Shown here piece by piece: positions 47,329 to 55,542 of a DNA stretch of 64,000 nt; within the stretch, counting starts at the first letter, position 1; each line of letters starts with the position of its first letter. The notes under the pieces are model-generated. The model was not told where the DNA came from, searched no databases, and worked only from the letters and a program-made list of their open reading frames with translations. Position numbers and translations under genes: made by a program. Source of the stretch: Salmonella phage vB_SenS-3. The stretch is from the sequence record OR896822.1. One strand, 5' to 3'.

Positions 47329-47868
47329 TTATACCTTAAGTTTCTGAAGAGCCTTACACATTTCAAGATCTGGACTAAATTCCAGCATATAGCTTATAGC
47401 ATTTAAATCTTGAAGGTTTATTCCAGTCCTGCCATTTACAATAACAGTAGGAAATTGGTACATCATAGCACCAGCATCATCTAGGACGCACCAATGCTTG
47501 AGCTTATGTTTTTCTACGAAACGTAAGACAGAATTACCTCGAGATAAACCACCTCCAGTAAAATCTGTTGTACCAAGAAAACGATCGATCAAACCGAGTC
47601 CGGTCATAATCTGAACGTTCTCCATTTCATTTCGTACAGAAAACCATGAAGATACCCCAACAATCATTATTGGGGATGGCTTAAGAAAGTTCTGAAAAGC
47701 CTGGAGTAATGGCTTGTAAACCCAATCACCACCAAAGAATAGCTTTTCACTATCTGGAGCATGATGGTGAGAGATGCTCGAATTGAGCACCCCATCAATA
47801 TCCGGGAAAATCACAGGAGTATTACTTATTTCCACCAGTAGCATCCCACGTCCAGACTTTAACTTCAT
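47329..47868 (-). CDS. HAD-superfamily phosphatase, 5'(3')-deoxyribonucleotidase-like
   Basis: Motif I FPDIDGVLN (DxDGxL) near N-terminus as in NT5C-type nucleotidases; true start may be the internal Met (MLLVEIS). Confidence 0.5.
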   Translation of the reverse strand: MKLKSGRGMLLVEISNTPVIFPDIDGVLNSSISHHHAPDSEKLFFGGDWVYKPLLQAFQNFLKPSPIMIVGVSSWFSVRNEMENVQIMTGLGLIDRFLGTTDFTGGGLSRGNSVLRFVEKHKLKHWCVLDDAGAMMYQFPTVIVNGRTGINLQDLNAISYMLEFSPDLEMCKALQKLKV

Positions 47869-48007
47869 CAGTAAAAGGAACTGGAACCTTCAATTCACCT
47901 TTACCCCACATAACAGATAGGAACAGAGAATAAATGGTAATCATACCGATTAGGTTGACAAACCATACTAGACCTTTCCAGATACCCTTAAAAATCTTCT
48001 TCACCAT
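47822..48007 (-). CDS. small membrane protein (61 aa)
   Basis: ATG at 48007 with AAGGAGG RBS; single hydrophobic helix GLVWFVNLIGMITIYSLFLSVMW. Confidence 0.35.
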   Translation of the reverse strand: MVKKIFKGIWKGLVWFVNLIGMITIYSLFLSVMWGKGELKVPVPFTDEVKVWTWDATGGNK

Positions 48008-48170
48008 ATTCTCCCTCCTTAATAAGGAACTCTTTCCATTCTGCTGTATCCTCATAGATAACGCAGAAATCATCACTCTTCCATGAGAAGTCATCAGTAG
48101 CAAATTCGAAACGGTAGCACCAACTACCGTCTGGCCATACTAAAAGATCACACATGCTTTTCTGGGACAT
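47988..48170 (-). CDS. small acidic protein (60 aa)
   Basis: ATG at 48170 with GGAGGG RBS; acidic C-terminus EGEYGEEDF. Confidence 0.3.
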   Translation of the reverse strand: MSQKSMCDLLVWPDGSWCYRFEFATDDFSWKSDDFCVIYEDTAEWKEFLIKEGEYGEEDF

Positions 48171-48999
48171 AAATATTTCCCTCCATAAAAGCTTCAACTT
48201 GATCAATAAAGTGTTTATTACCAAAAACTTCGGCAGCTCCAGCACGCCATACAGTAACACCACGTTTCTCATATTCAAGCTGTTCATCATAGCGAACTTG
48301 AGGGTTAACAACCATCATCTTAGTTCCACGACATACAGCAGGGAATAGTTCCCAGTTGAAGTCAATCACTTGGTTGCTACAACCTACTACAATAACCATA
48401 TCATTGCTAGTAAGTGTATCAAACAGGTTAATCTGACCCATATACCACGGAGCCGTCTCACCAAAGAATGTTACGTTTGGTTTTACCCATTCGTAATCTT
48501 CAGGAACAATTGCAGTGTATCCAACATCTTCGATGATTTGATTGCGACCCCGACGATAGATCACCTCTTTCAAGTACCCGTGAGCGTGAATGATTTCATC
48601 ACGAGGGATACCAGCACGTTCCAGAAGGTCATCAACGTTAGTAGTGAAGTTCTTCACGCTATCCGCACCATAACGCTGGAACCATTCTGCAATTCGCAGA
48701 TGGGCAATGTTAGGCTCAACAGTCTGTAATTCCTGACGACGCATGTTGTAGAACTCATGAGTCTTGAGATACAGATCGTTACCCTCTTCATCAATGCCAG
48801 GGAAACGAGCACTGAAGTAGTTAGGATCATCTTCACCACAGAAGCGACGGAAGCCAGCTTCAAAGTTAGGCAAGCTACATACTTCCTCTAGATCGTACTC
48901 ATCCCACAAAGATTTTCCACTAGCAGTATCAGTACGGAAAGCACGAACACCACTATCAACACTTAAACCAGCACCACTAACAATGATTAGTCTACGCAT
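48148..48999 (-). CDS. Sir2-family (sirtuin-like) NAD-dependent protein
   Basis: 283 aa; N-terminal Rossmann motif IIVSGAGLSVDSGVRAFR (cf. GAGIS..SGIP.FR); His-containing IIHAHGYL; C-terminal VVNPQ; no obvious zinc ribbon. Confidence 0.65.
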   Translation of the reverse strand: MRRLIIVSGAGLSVDSGVRAFRTDTASGKSLWDEYDLEEVCSLPNFEAGFRRFCGEDDPNYFSARFPGIDEEGNDLYLKTHEFYNMRRQELQTVEPNIAHLRIAEWFQRYGADSVKNFTTNVDDLLERAGIPRDEIIHAHGYLKEVIYRRGRNQIIEDVGYTAIVPEDYEWVKPNVTFFGETAPWYMGQINLFDTLTSNDMVIVVGCSNQVIDFNWELFPAVCRGTKMMVVNPQVRYDEQLEYEKRGVTVWRAGAAEVFGNKHFIDQVEAFMEGNIYVPEKHV

Positions 49000-49193
49000 T
49001 ATACGATTCCTTGCTTGAATCCTTCGATGATATTTTGGAGCAGAATTGCTTCTTCTGGGCGAACCTTCTCTTGCTTAATAAGCATATCCAAACCAGCAAT
49101 ACAGGTAGCTACTCCAGCATTATACCCAGCATTCCACTGCTCCATAAGCATATTTTCTAAATTACTTTTTAGATTCTGATTCAAGAAGTCCAT
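48999..49193 (-). CDS. small hypothetical protein
   Basis: ATG at 49193 (MDFLNQ...) with GGAGGA RBS; ORF track start 49277 lacks RBS. Confidence 0.35.
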   Translation of the reverse strand: MDFLNQNLKSNLENMLMEQWNAGYNAGVATCIAGLDMLIKQEKVRPEEAILLQNIIEGFKQGIV

Positions 49194-49365
49194 AAAGTTT
49201 TTCCTCCAATTCCATAATACGATTTTCGTAAGAAGCACGCAGCTTCTCGATGGACAAAGCACGAACTGTAACTTCATCTGAATTGATCGCTAGCTGAGCT
49301 AGATCTTCTGTTTCCATACGTCCGTTGTAAATTAAGCGATATTTAAGATGTTTTACGTTTTTCAT
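49162..49365 (-). CDS. small hypothetical protein
   Basis: 67 aa, ATG with TAAGGAAC RBS; overlaps next gene start by 32 nt. Confidence 0.35.
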   Translation of the reverse strand: MKNVKHLKYRLIYNGRMETEDLAQLAINSDEVTVRALSIEKLRASYENRIMELEEKLYGLLESESKK

Positions 49366-49374
49366 TCTTGTTCC

Positions 49375-49656
49375 TTAGTTCTGTACTGTAAATTCATTCT
49401 TATCACAGTGAGCATAATAATACCCATACATACGATAAATTTTCACAGCCTTAGTAGACCCCTTCGATTCTTCATAATCAATCCAGAGCCACTTGTCTTT
49501 ACCTACATAATGTACCCGAAACTTCTTAACTTTCTTATCATTCCATGTTGCAACAACACGACGATAATCAAATCCGCCCAACCAATCTAGAGCCTTACGT
49601 TCTTCACTAGGCTCTCCAAGATGGGAAACATCTACTTTCGGAAGCAATTCGCTCAT
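49375..49656 (-). CDS. hypothetical protein
   Basis: 93 aa; first gene downstream of a T5-type promoter; GAGGAG RBS. Confidence 0.45.
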   Translation of the reverse strand: MSELLPKVDVSHLGEPSEERKALDWLGGFDYRRVVATWNDKKVKKFRVHYVGKDKWLWIDYEESKGSTKAVKIYRMYGYYYAHCDKNEFTVQN

Positions 49657-49684
49657 AGCTTTCTCCTCTCAAATTTATAAATCA

Positions 49685-49713
49685 ATTATACATAAGTTTT
49701 AGCTCGAAAGCAA
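49685..49713 (-). promoter_or_regulatory. T5 early-type promoter
   Basis: Minus strand TTGCTT-17-TATAAT followed by TGATTTATAAATTTGAGAGGAG. Confidence 0.6.
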
Positions 49714-49747
49714 ATAAAATAAAAGCCAGGTCGACTAGCAACCTGGC
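49712..49747 (-). terminator. rho-independent terminator after nrdD (minus strand)
   Basis: Minus strand hairpin GCCAGGT-tgctagtcg-ACCTGGC followed by TTTTATTTTATTT. Confidence 0.65.
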
Positions 49748-49754
49748 TGATTCA

Positions 49755-51629
49755 TTATTTAGCGCGAATGTCTTGATGTTTCACTCGACCCATAACCTCA
49801 TGTTGTTTACCTGGGTTAAACGGACGAGCACCTGGATTTCCAAGATATCCACAAACTCGACGAGTTACCTCAAGAGTCTCAGGATCATGATTGCCACAAA
49901 TTGGGCATTTGAAACCATCCTCAGAAGCTATAGTTTCACCCAAGAACCCACATTCCCCACAAGAGTCTACTGGAGTATTAATACCGAAGTAATGAACTTT
50001 ACTTGCAGCATAGTTAATAACCCATTCCAGTGCATCAGGGAATCGTTTCATATCAGGCAATTCCACATAGGAAATGCACCCACCAGAAGCAATTGGGGTA
50101 AAGTTAGACTCATAATCGAACTTCACGTTCGGAGCAACCTTACGCTCCACATCAAGGTGATGAGAGTTAGTGTAATATCCTTTAACCAGAATATCTTCAT
50201 GCTCTGGGAAATACTCACGATCTAGACGACAGAAGCGATCACATAGAGATTCAGATGGTGTAGCATACAGACTATACCCTAATTGAGTCTCTTCCTTCTT
50301 CTGATCAGCACGATCACGCATGTATTGTAGCACACGTTGAACGAACTTGATACAGGATTCAGACATTGTATCTACATCTTTACCAAACATGAACTGTAAC
50401 ATTTCGTGGCAGCCAATATATCCTAGAGATACAGAAGCACGCTTGTAGAAATGATCAAATACATATTCATCTGGCCCCAGACGTAATCCAAAGGCTCCTG
50501 ACATATAGAGGATGGGCGCAGCTTTAGCTTGAATGTACTTTAAGCGATCAACCCTCCACTCCAATGCTTTTAACGCGGTATCCACACGCAGCTCAAGCAG
50601 ATCGAAGAATAGATCAATATTACCTTCCGCTTCGATAGCAATTCGAGGTAGGTTTACAGAAACAACGCCTAAGTTGTTACGACCAGAAGTTTCACCATCT
50701 TCCGCAGCAGCCAGGAATGAACGACAGCCCATAGAGACTTTGTAGTCTCCCGTAACTTCTACAACCTTATCATAACTGATGTAGTCAGGATACATACGTT
50801 CAGCAGTACATTTCATAGCTAACTTCTTGATATCATAGTTAACATCACCAGGTTTCATGTTTACGCCATCACGCAAAACAAATACCAGTTTAGGGAAGAT
50901 AGCTGTACGTTTATTGATACCCAAACCATCCATACGCACTTCTAGGATTGCTTTCTGTACAAGACGTGCTTCCCAAGAAGTTCCTAGACCAAACCCAAAG
51001 GTAATAAACGGACTTTGACCATTAGAGTTGAACATCGTATTGATTTCATACTCCAGGCCCTGACAGGCATCGTAAACTTCTTTCTCAGTCATTTCCGTAG
51101 CCATTACAGATGCTTTAGCTTCATCCTTAGTCCAACGCTTTGCAAACGCATGATTCTTATCATAAGACTTACGAACATAAGGAGCCAATACTTCATCTAA
51201 TCGGTCTACAGAAGTACCCCCATATTGATGTGAACTAACCTGAGTGATAATCTGAGCTGTGATAGCAGCCGCAGTAGTAATAGAGTTTGGTGTACTGATT
51301 TCAGCATTACCAACCTTCATACCATTCTTCAACATATCTTCCAAAGCAACCAGGCAACAGTTAGTCATACCTAACGCAGCGTAATCAGCATCATGGAAGT
51401 GAATATCACCAATCATGTGAGCATTTCGAATCTGGATTGGCATTTCTTCCAGAATCAGATGTTTACTCAATTCCCCTGCAAGCATGTCCCTTTGTGTAGG
51501 GAAACGTTCGCTTGGTTTGTTCGCATTATTAAAGAGTAGCTCTTCATCTGCTGATCCTTCGATAATTTCTTTGCAGTTTCGAATTAAGGACTGCACTCCT
51601 TTATACTTTAGTTCTTCATTGCGATTCAT
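49755..51629 (-). CDS. nrdD: anaerobic ribonucleoside-triphosphate reductase (class III)
   Basis: 624 aa; C-terminal glycyl-radical motif RVCGYLG; zinc ribbon CGECGF...CPICGN; GAAGGAGGG RBS. Confidence 0.85.
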   Translation of the reverse strand: MNRNEELKYKGVQSLIRNCKEIIEGSADEELLFNNANKPSERFPTQRDMLAGELSKHLILEEMPIQIRNAHMIGDIHFHDADYAALGMTNCCLVALEDMLKNGMKVGNAEISTPNSITTAAAITAQIITQVSSHQYGGTSVDRLDEVLAPYVRKSYDKNHAFAKRWTKDEAKASVMATEMTEKEVYDACQGLEYEINTMFNSNGQSPFITFGFGLGTSWEARLVQKAILEVRMDGLGINKRTAIFPKLVFVLRDGVNMKPGDVNYDIKKLAMKCTAERMYPDYISYDKVVEVTGDYKVSMGCRSFLAAAEDGETSGRNNLGVVSVNLPRIAIEAEGNIDLFFDLLELRVDTALKALEWRVDRLKYIQAKAAPILYMSGAFGLRLGPDEYVFDHFYKRASVSLGYIGCHEMLQFMFGKDVDTMSESCIKFVQRVLQYMRDRADQKKEETQLGYSLYATPSESLCDRFCRLDREYFPEHEDILVKGYYTNSHHLDVERKVAPNVKFDYESNFTPIASGGCISYVELPDMKRFPDALEWVINYAASKVHYFGINTPVDSCGECGFLGETIASEDGFKCPICGNHDPETLEVTRRVCGYLGNPGARPFNPGKQHEVMGRVKHQDIRAK

Positions 51630-51658
51630 TACACCCTCCTTCTCTAATTAAGACTACT

Positions 51659-51687
51659 ATTATAACTCATTCGAAGGCGGATGTCAA
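51659..51687 (-). promoter_or_regulatory. consensus sigma70 promoter for nrdD
   Basis: Minus strand TTGACA-17-TATAAT (perfect consensus hexamers). Confidence 0.7.
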
Positions 51688-51737
51688 CAATATTTTACCA
51701 TAAAGTTCTGTAACATGATCTGAGTCAAAAAATTTTA

Positions 51738-51766
51738 TTTGCCAACCTCTATTAAAAATAGTATAA
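51738..51766 (+). promoter_or_regulatory. sigma70 promoter (plus strand, divergent from nrdD promoter)
   Basis: TTGCCA-17-TATAAT. Confidence 0.5.
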
Positions 51767-51879
51767 TCACACGCCCGTGTACGCGATATAAAATGATTAT
51801 CTAGTACCATACATCTCCCAATAAAAGCAAGTAAATTTTTTATTTAAAAGCAATATCATGGGTTTATTTAAAATTATAC

Positions 51880-51908
51880 TTGCTTTTTGCTGTAAACCTT
51901 GTTATAAT
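51880..51908 (+). promoter_or_regulatory. T5 early-type promoter upstream of phoH
   Basis: TTGCTT-17-TATAAT followed by ATATTTGTAAGTTGAT. Confidence 0.6.
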
Positions 51909-51984
51909 ATATTTGTAAGTTGATAAACAAGATCTCTTTGTTGATCCTCTGTTAGAAGCGAAGTACACTATAGGAGTGTTATTT

Positions 51985-52737
51985 ATGGGAAAAGCACGTC
52001 AAAAAAGAGAGAACCGCAATGGTTCAAGAAAGCGTGGCAACAAGTATGATAGTAACGTAATTCAAGCAGATTTCTCTGGTGATTACGCCAATCCAGTTGC
52101 TAAATCCCTAGTTGGTAAAAACCGTGAGCAAAAATCATATATCAATATGATCAAGAACAACACAGTGACTGTTGGTATTGGTGAACCAGGTACTGGTAAA
52201 ACCTTTATTCCGTCCGTTCTTGCAGCTCAGGAACTCGTAGACATTCACTCAGATATTGAGCAAGTGATCCTCGTGCGTCCGAACGAACCTCTAGGTAAAT
52301 CTCTTGGTATGCTCCCAGGTGATCTGGCAGAAAAGCTAGAGCCTTGGTTGGAACCAATAGCCGATGGCATGAAATGGGCAATCGGTGATCACGCCTACAA
52401 AGGATATGTCGAACGTCAGAAAATTAAATTCCTGGCTATCGAACATGCCCGTGGCCGAACTTTCAACAACTCCTATGTAATTGTCGATGAAGCTCAGAAT
52501 ATCTCCGTTGAAGCAATGATCTGTCTCCTGACTCGTGTAGGACAAGATTGTCGTTTAATTATCTGTGGGGATATAGCGCAGAAAGACATCAAGGGTGATT
52601 CAGGTCTAGCACTTCTTATGGAAGTCTATGAGAAGTATGAAAACTCTCCTTTCTCTATGATCGAACTGATCGACAACGTTCGCTCACCAGAGTCTAAAGC
52701 ATTCTACGATATCTTTAAGGATATGGGGAAGGTGTAA
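51985..52737 (+). CDS. phoH: PhoH-like ATPase
   Basis: Walker A GEPGTGKT; Walker B YVIVDEAQN; ATG at 51985 with TAGGAG RBS (ORF track GTG 51976 sits within the RBS). Confidence 0.8.
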   Translation: MGKARQKRENRNGSRKRGNKYDSNVIQADFSGDYANPVAKSLVGKNREQKSYINMIKNNTVTVGIGEPGTGKTFIPSVLAAQELVDIHSDIEQVILVRPNEPLGKSLGMLPGDLAEKLEPWLEPIADGMKWAIGDHAYKGYVERQKIKFLAIEHARGRTFNNSYVIVDEAQNISVEAMICLLTRVGQDCRLIICGDIAQKDIKGDSGLALLMEVYEKYENSPFSMIELIDNVRSPESKAFYDIFKDMGKV

Positions 52738-52738
52738 T

Positions 52739-52981
52739 ATGGGAAACGTCGTACATCTGCACCGCAAAACTAAGATTCACCGTACTTCACTGAGTGCTGC
52801 TAATATGATTACACGTAAGGAAGGGGAAGAAAGTCCTAAGACTACCCTAGCGTGGAAAATTGTAGCCTCTAATCCAAATCGGCCTTTTAATTATAACGAA
52901 TTGAGTACTTCTATAGACATTCTTATGGCTAAGGAAATACGACAGAAACTAACTGATATGACCGATAAACTTAAATGGTAA
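52739..52981 (+). CDS. hypothetical protein
   Basis: 80-aa ORF between phoH and a terminator. Confidence 0.4.
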   Translation: MGNVVHLHRKTKIHRTSLSAANMITRKEGEESPKTTLAWKIVASNPNRPFNYNELSTSIDILMAKEIRQKLTDMTDKLKW

Positions 52982-52989
52982 GACAGACG

Positions 52990-53023
52990 AGCCTGGGTAT
53001 GAAAATATCCGGGCTCTTTTTAT
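52990..53023 (+). terminator. rho-independent terminator
   Basis: Hairpin GAGCCTGG-12 nt-CCGGGCTC followed by TTTTTAT. Confidence 0.6.
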
Positions 53024-53037
53024 CTGTAAAATTGTAC

Positions 53038-53066
53038 TTGCAAAATGACCCAAAACAAAGTAGAAT
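53038..53066 (+). promoter_or_regulatory. sigma70 promoter for nrdA
   Basis: TTGCAA-17-TAGAAT; overlaps the ORF-track N-terminal extension, supporting the later start. Confidence 0.55.
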
Positions 53067-53104
53067 ATTTCCTAAATCCTGATAACTACAAAAAGGAAAG
53101 CCAA

Positions 53105-55435
53105 ATGAGCCATCGCATCGAAAAAGTAATTAAACGTGACGGTACTGTTCAGGACTTTGCTCCTGAAAAACTCAATGATTGGGCTGCATGGGCATGTAAA
53201 GATACTGACGTAAGTTGGTCTGCCGTAGTTATGGCTGCCCTGAAAAATCTACCCAAAGGTGTTGTAGACTCCGATACACTCCAAGATGTGTTAATTAAAG
53301 CCGCTGAAGGTCTTATCAAAGACAACCCAGCATATGATACTGTAGCAAAGGAATTACGTCTTGCGCAGATGCGTAAACGCCTATATGATTCCTTTGAACC
53401 TCCTTCTCTGCGTTTCTTCCACGATCATATGATTCGTGTTGGCGCCTGGGAAGACATGAGTGCATGGATTAGCGATGATCAGTTTGATGCTCTGAATCAA
53501 GTTATTGATCATGATCGCGATCGTTTATTCACCAGTGGTGGACTGAAACAGTTCTTCGACAAGTATTCCCGTCGTAATATTGCAACTGGTGAAATTTATG
53601 AAACCCCGCAGTTTGCCTACATGGGTATGGCAATGGCGATGTTATCTCAACCTAACTGGACAATTCTCGATGCAATCGACCTCTACAACGCAATGTCACT
53701 CCATAAAATCAACGTGCCGACTCCACCTCTCGTGGGTCTTAGGAGCAGCGACCGCGGTTTTGCTTCTTGTTGTCTTGTTGATAGTACTGATACCCTCGAT
53801 TCAATCGACACAGCCGAGCACATCGTCTTCAAAATGGTCGCAGCCAGAGCGGGAATCGGGTATCATCTTGAAAGCCGATCAATTGCTGATCCGGTGCGAA
53901 ATGGGGCATTCCCGCATTCCGGAAAACTGCCATATTATCGACACATTGACCGATCAGTAAAAGCTAACACTCAGCAAACCCGTGGTGGTTCTGCTACTGT
54001 GTCTTACCCATACTTCGATCCTGAAATCATTCAGTTGATGCAGGTTAAGCAGCAACGTGCTACAGACGAGAATAAAATCGATAAGATGGATTACTCTCTG
54101 AGCTTTAACAACCTTCTGTTAAAACGTTACCTGAAAAATGAAGATATTACGCTAATGTCCTACTTCTACGCACCAGAAGTTCATGAAGCGTTTTATGGCG
54201 AAGATGAGGCTAAGTTTGAAGAAATCTACGTGGCAGCGGAGAAACGTGTGGCATCTCTTACAAAGATCGACCACGAAGGAAAAACAATTCCAGCAGCTCC
54301 TAGAATCTCTGCAAAAGAAATCCTAGATACTTGGTTACGTATCCGTATGGAAACAGGGCGTATGTATGCTCATCACATTGGTGAATCTAACCGTCATGGT
54401 AACTTCCTTGACCCGATTCGTATGACCAACCTTTGTGTTGAAATTACTCAGCCAACCCGTCCATTCCATCACATTACGGAGCTGTATAAGACCCAAGATC
54501 AGTTAGACGATATGCGTCCAGAAGATATTGGTGAAGTATCTCTGTGTAACTTAGGTGGTGTTGTACTAGGTCGTATGGAATCTCTGGCTGAATGGGAGAA
54601 AACTTGCTACATTCTTCTGAAATTCGTTGATACAATCATCGAGATTCAGGATTACCCATTCCCAACTATGGAGTACACGGCTAAGAAACGTCGTAACGTT
54701 GGTATTGGTCTGATGAACGCAGCAGGTGCAATGGCAGCAGAAGGTTTGGCTTACGAAGGTGTTGAAGCCCGTAACTGGATTCACCGTGAAGCTGAAAAGC
54801 TGTCCTACTTCCTACATAAAGCCTCTGTACGTCTGGCTAAAGAACAAGGTGCATGTGACTGGTTTAATCGTACTAAGCCTTCGCAAGGAACTCTGGTAAT
54901 CGACACGTACAAGAAAACTGTTGATGAACTGGTAACTGTAGGTCTAGAAATGGATTGGGAATCTCTGCGTGCAGATATTCTGAAATATGGTATGCGCAAC
55001 TCTGTTCTGACTGCTCAGATGCCAGGTGAAAGTTCCTCTGTACTGCTAGGTGTTACTAACTCTATCGAACCGCCCCGTAAGATCGTATCTATCAAGGGTA
55101 GTGCAGTGAATAAAGTAATTGCAATTGCTCCAGGTGCAACTGATTGGGATACATTAATGAGCTATAAACTGGCTTATGATGTAGATCGTATCGAGTGGAT
55201 CAAATGGGTAGCAACCATGCAGAAATTATTCAGCCAGTCTATCAGTACGAATATGTACTATGACTACACCAAGTTCGAGAATGAAATCATTCCCGGCCCA
55301 GTAGTAGTTCGTGACTTTATGACTGCTGTTAAGTACGGTTGGAAAACTTGGTACTACGCTAACTTCAACACTGAAAATGGTGGTGGAGCTGGTGAAGAAG
55401 CAGCAGGTTGTGCATCAGGTGGTTGTAACCTATAA
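53105..55435 (+). CDS. nrdA: ribonucleoside-diphosphate reductase alpha subunit (class Ia)
   Basis: ATP-cone start MSHRIEKVIKRDG; uninterrupted 776-aa frame; AAGGAAAG RBS; C-terminal Cys/Gly-rich tail. Confidence 0.85.
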   Translation: MSHRIEKVIKRDGTVQDFAPEKLNDWAAWACKDTDVSWSAVVMAALKNLPKGVVDSDTLQDVLIKAAEGLIKDNPAYDTVAKELRLAQMRKRLYDSFEPPSLRFFHDHMIRVGAWEDMSAWISDDQFDALNQVIDHDRDRLFTSGGLKQFFDKYSRRNIATGEIYETPQFAYMGMAMAMLSQPNWTILDAIDLYNAMSLHKINVPTPPLVGLRSSDRGFASCCLVDSTDTLDSIDTAEHIVFKMVAARAGIGYHLESRSIADPVRNGAFPHSGKLPYYRHIDRSVKANTQQTRGGSATVSYPYFDPEIIQLMQVKQQRATDENKIDKMDYSLSFNNLLLKRYLKNEDITLMSYFYAPEVHEAFYGEDEAKFEEIYVAAEKRVASLTKIDHEGKTIPAAPRISAKEILDTWLRIRMETGRMYAHHIGESNRHGNFLDPIRMTNLCVEITQPTRPFHHITELYKTQDQLDDMRPEDIGEVSLCNLGGVVLGRMESLAEWEKTCYILLKFVDTIIEIQDYPFPTMEYTAKKRRNVGIGLMNAAGAMAAEGLAYEGVEARNWIHREAEKLSYFLHKASVRLAKEQGACDWFNRTKPSQGTLVIDTYKKTVDELVTVGLEMDWESLRADILKYGMRNSVLTAQMPGESSSVLLGVTNSIEPPRKIVSIKGSAVNKVIAIAPGATDWDTLMSYKLAYDVDRIEWIKWVATMQKLFSQSISTNMYYDYTKFENEIIPGPVVVRDFMTAVKYGWKTWYYANFNTENGGGAGEEAAGCASGGCNL

Positions 55436-55444
55436 TAAAAACAA

Positions 55445-55470
55445 GGAGATCTTCGGGTCTCCTTTTTTCT
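55445..55470 (+). terminator. rho-independent terminator after nrdA
   Basis: Hairpin AGGAGATC-TTCG-GGTCTCCT followed by TTTTTT. Confidence 0.7.
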
Positions 55471-55482
55471 TTGAAATTTTAC

Positions 55483-55511
55483 TTGCTAATCTCTACCAGA
55501 TTTGCTATAAT
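55483..55511 (+). promoter_or_regulatory. T5 early-type promoter for nrdB
   Basis: TTGCTA-17-TATAAT with TG extension (TGCTATAAT). Confidence 0.65.
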
Positions 55512-55542
55512 ATTCCTGAAATAGTGAGAAAGAGGAAAATCA

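Noticed and set aside
53580-53960. 126-aa ORF in an alternative frame inside nrdA
   Set aside because: Nested in a strongly supported gene; no intron or intein signature (the nrdA frame is continuous)
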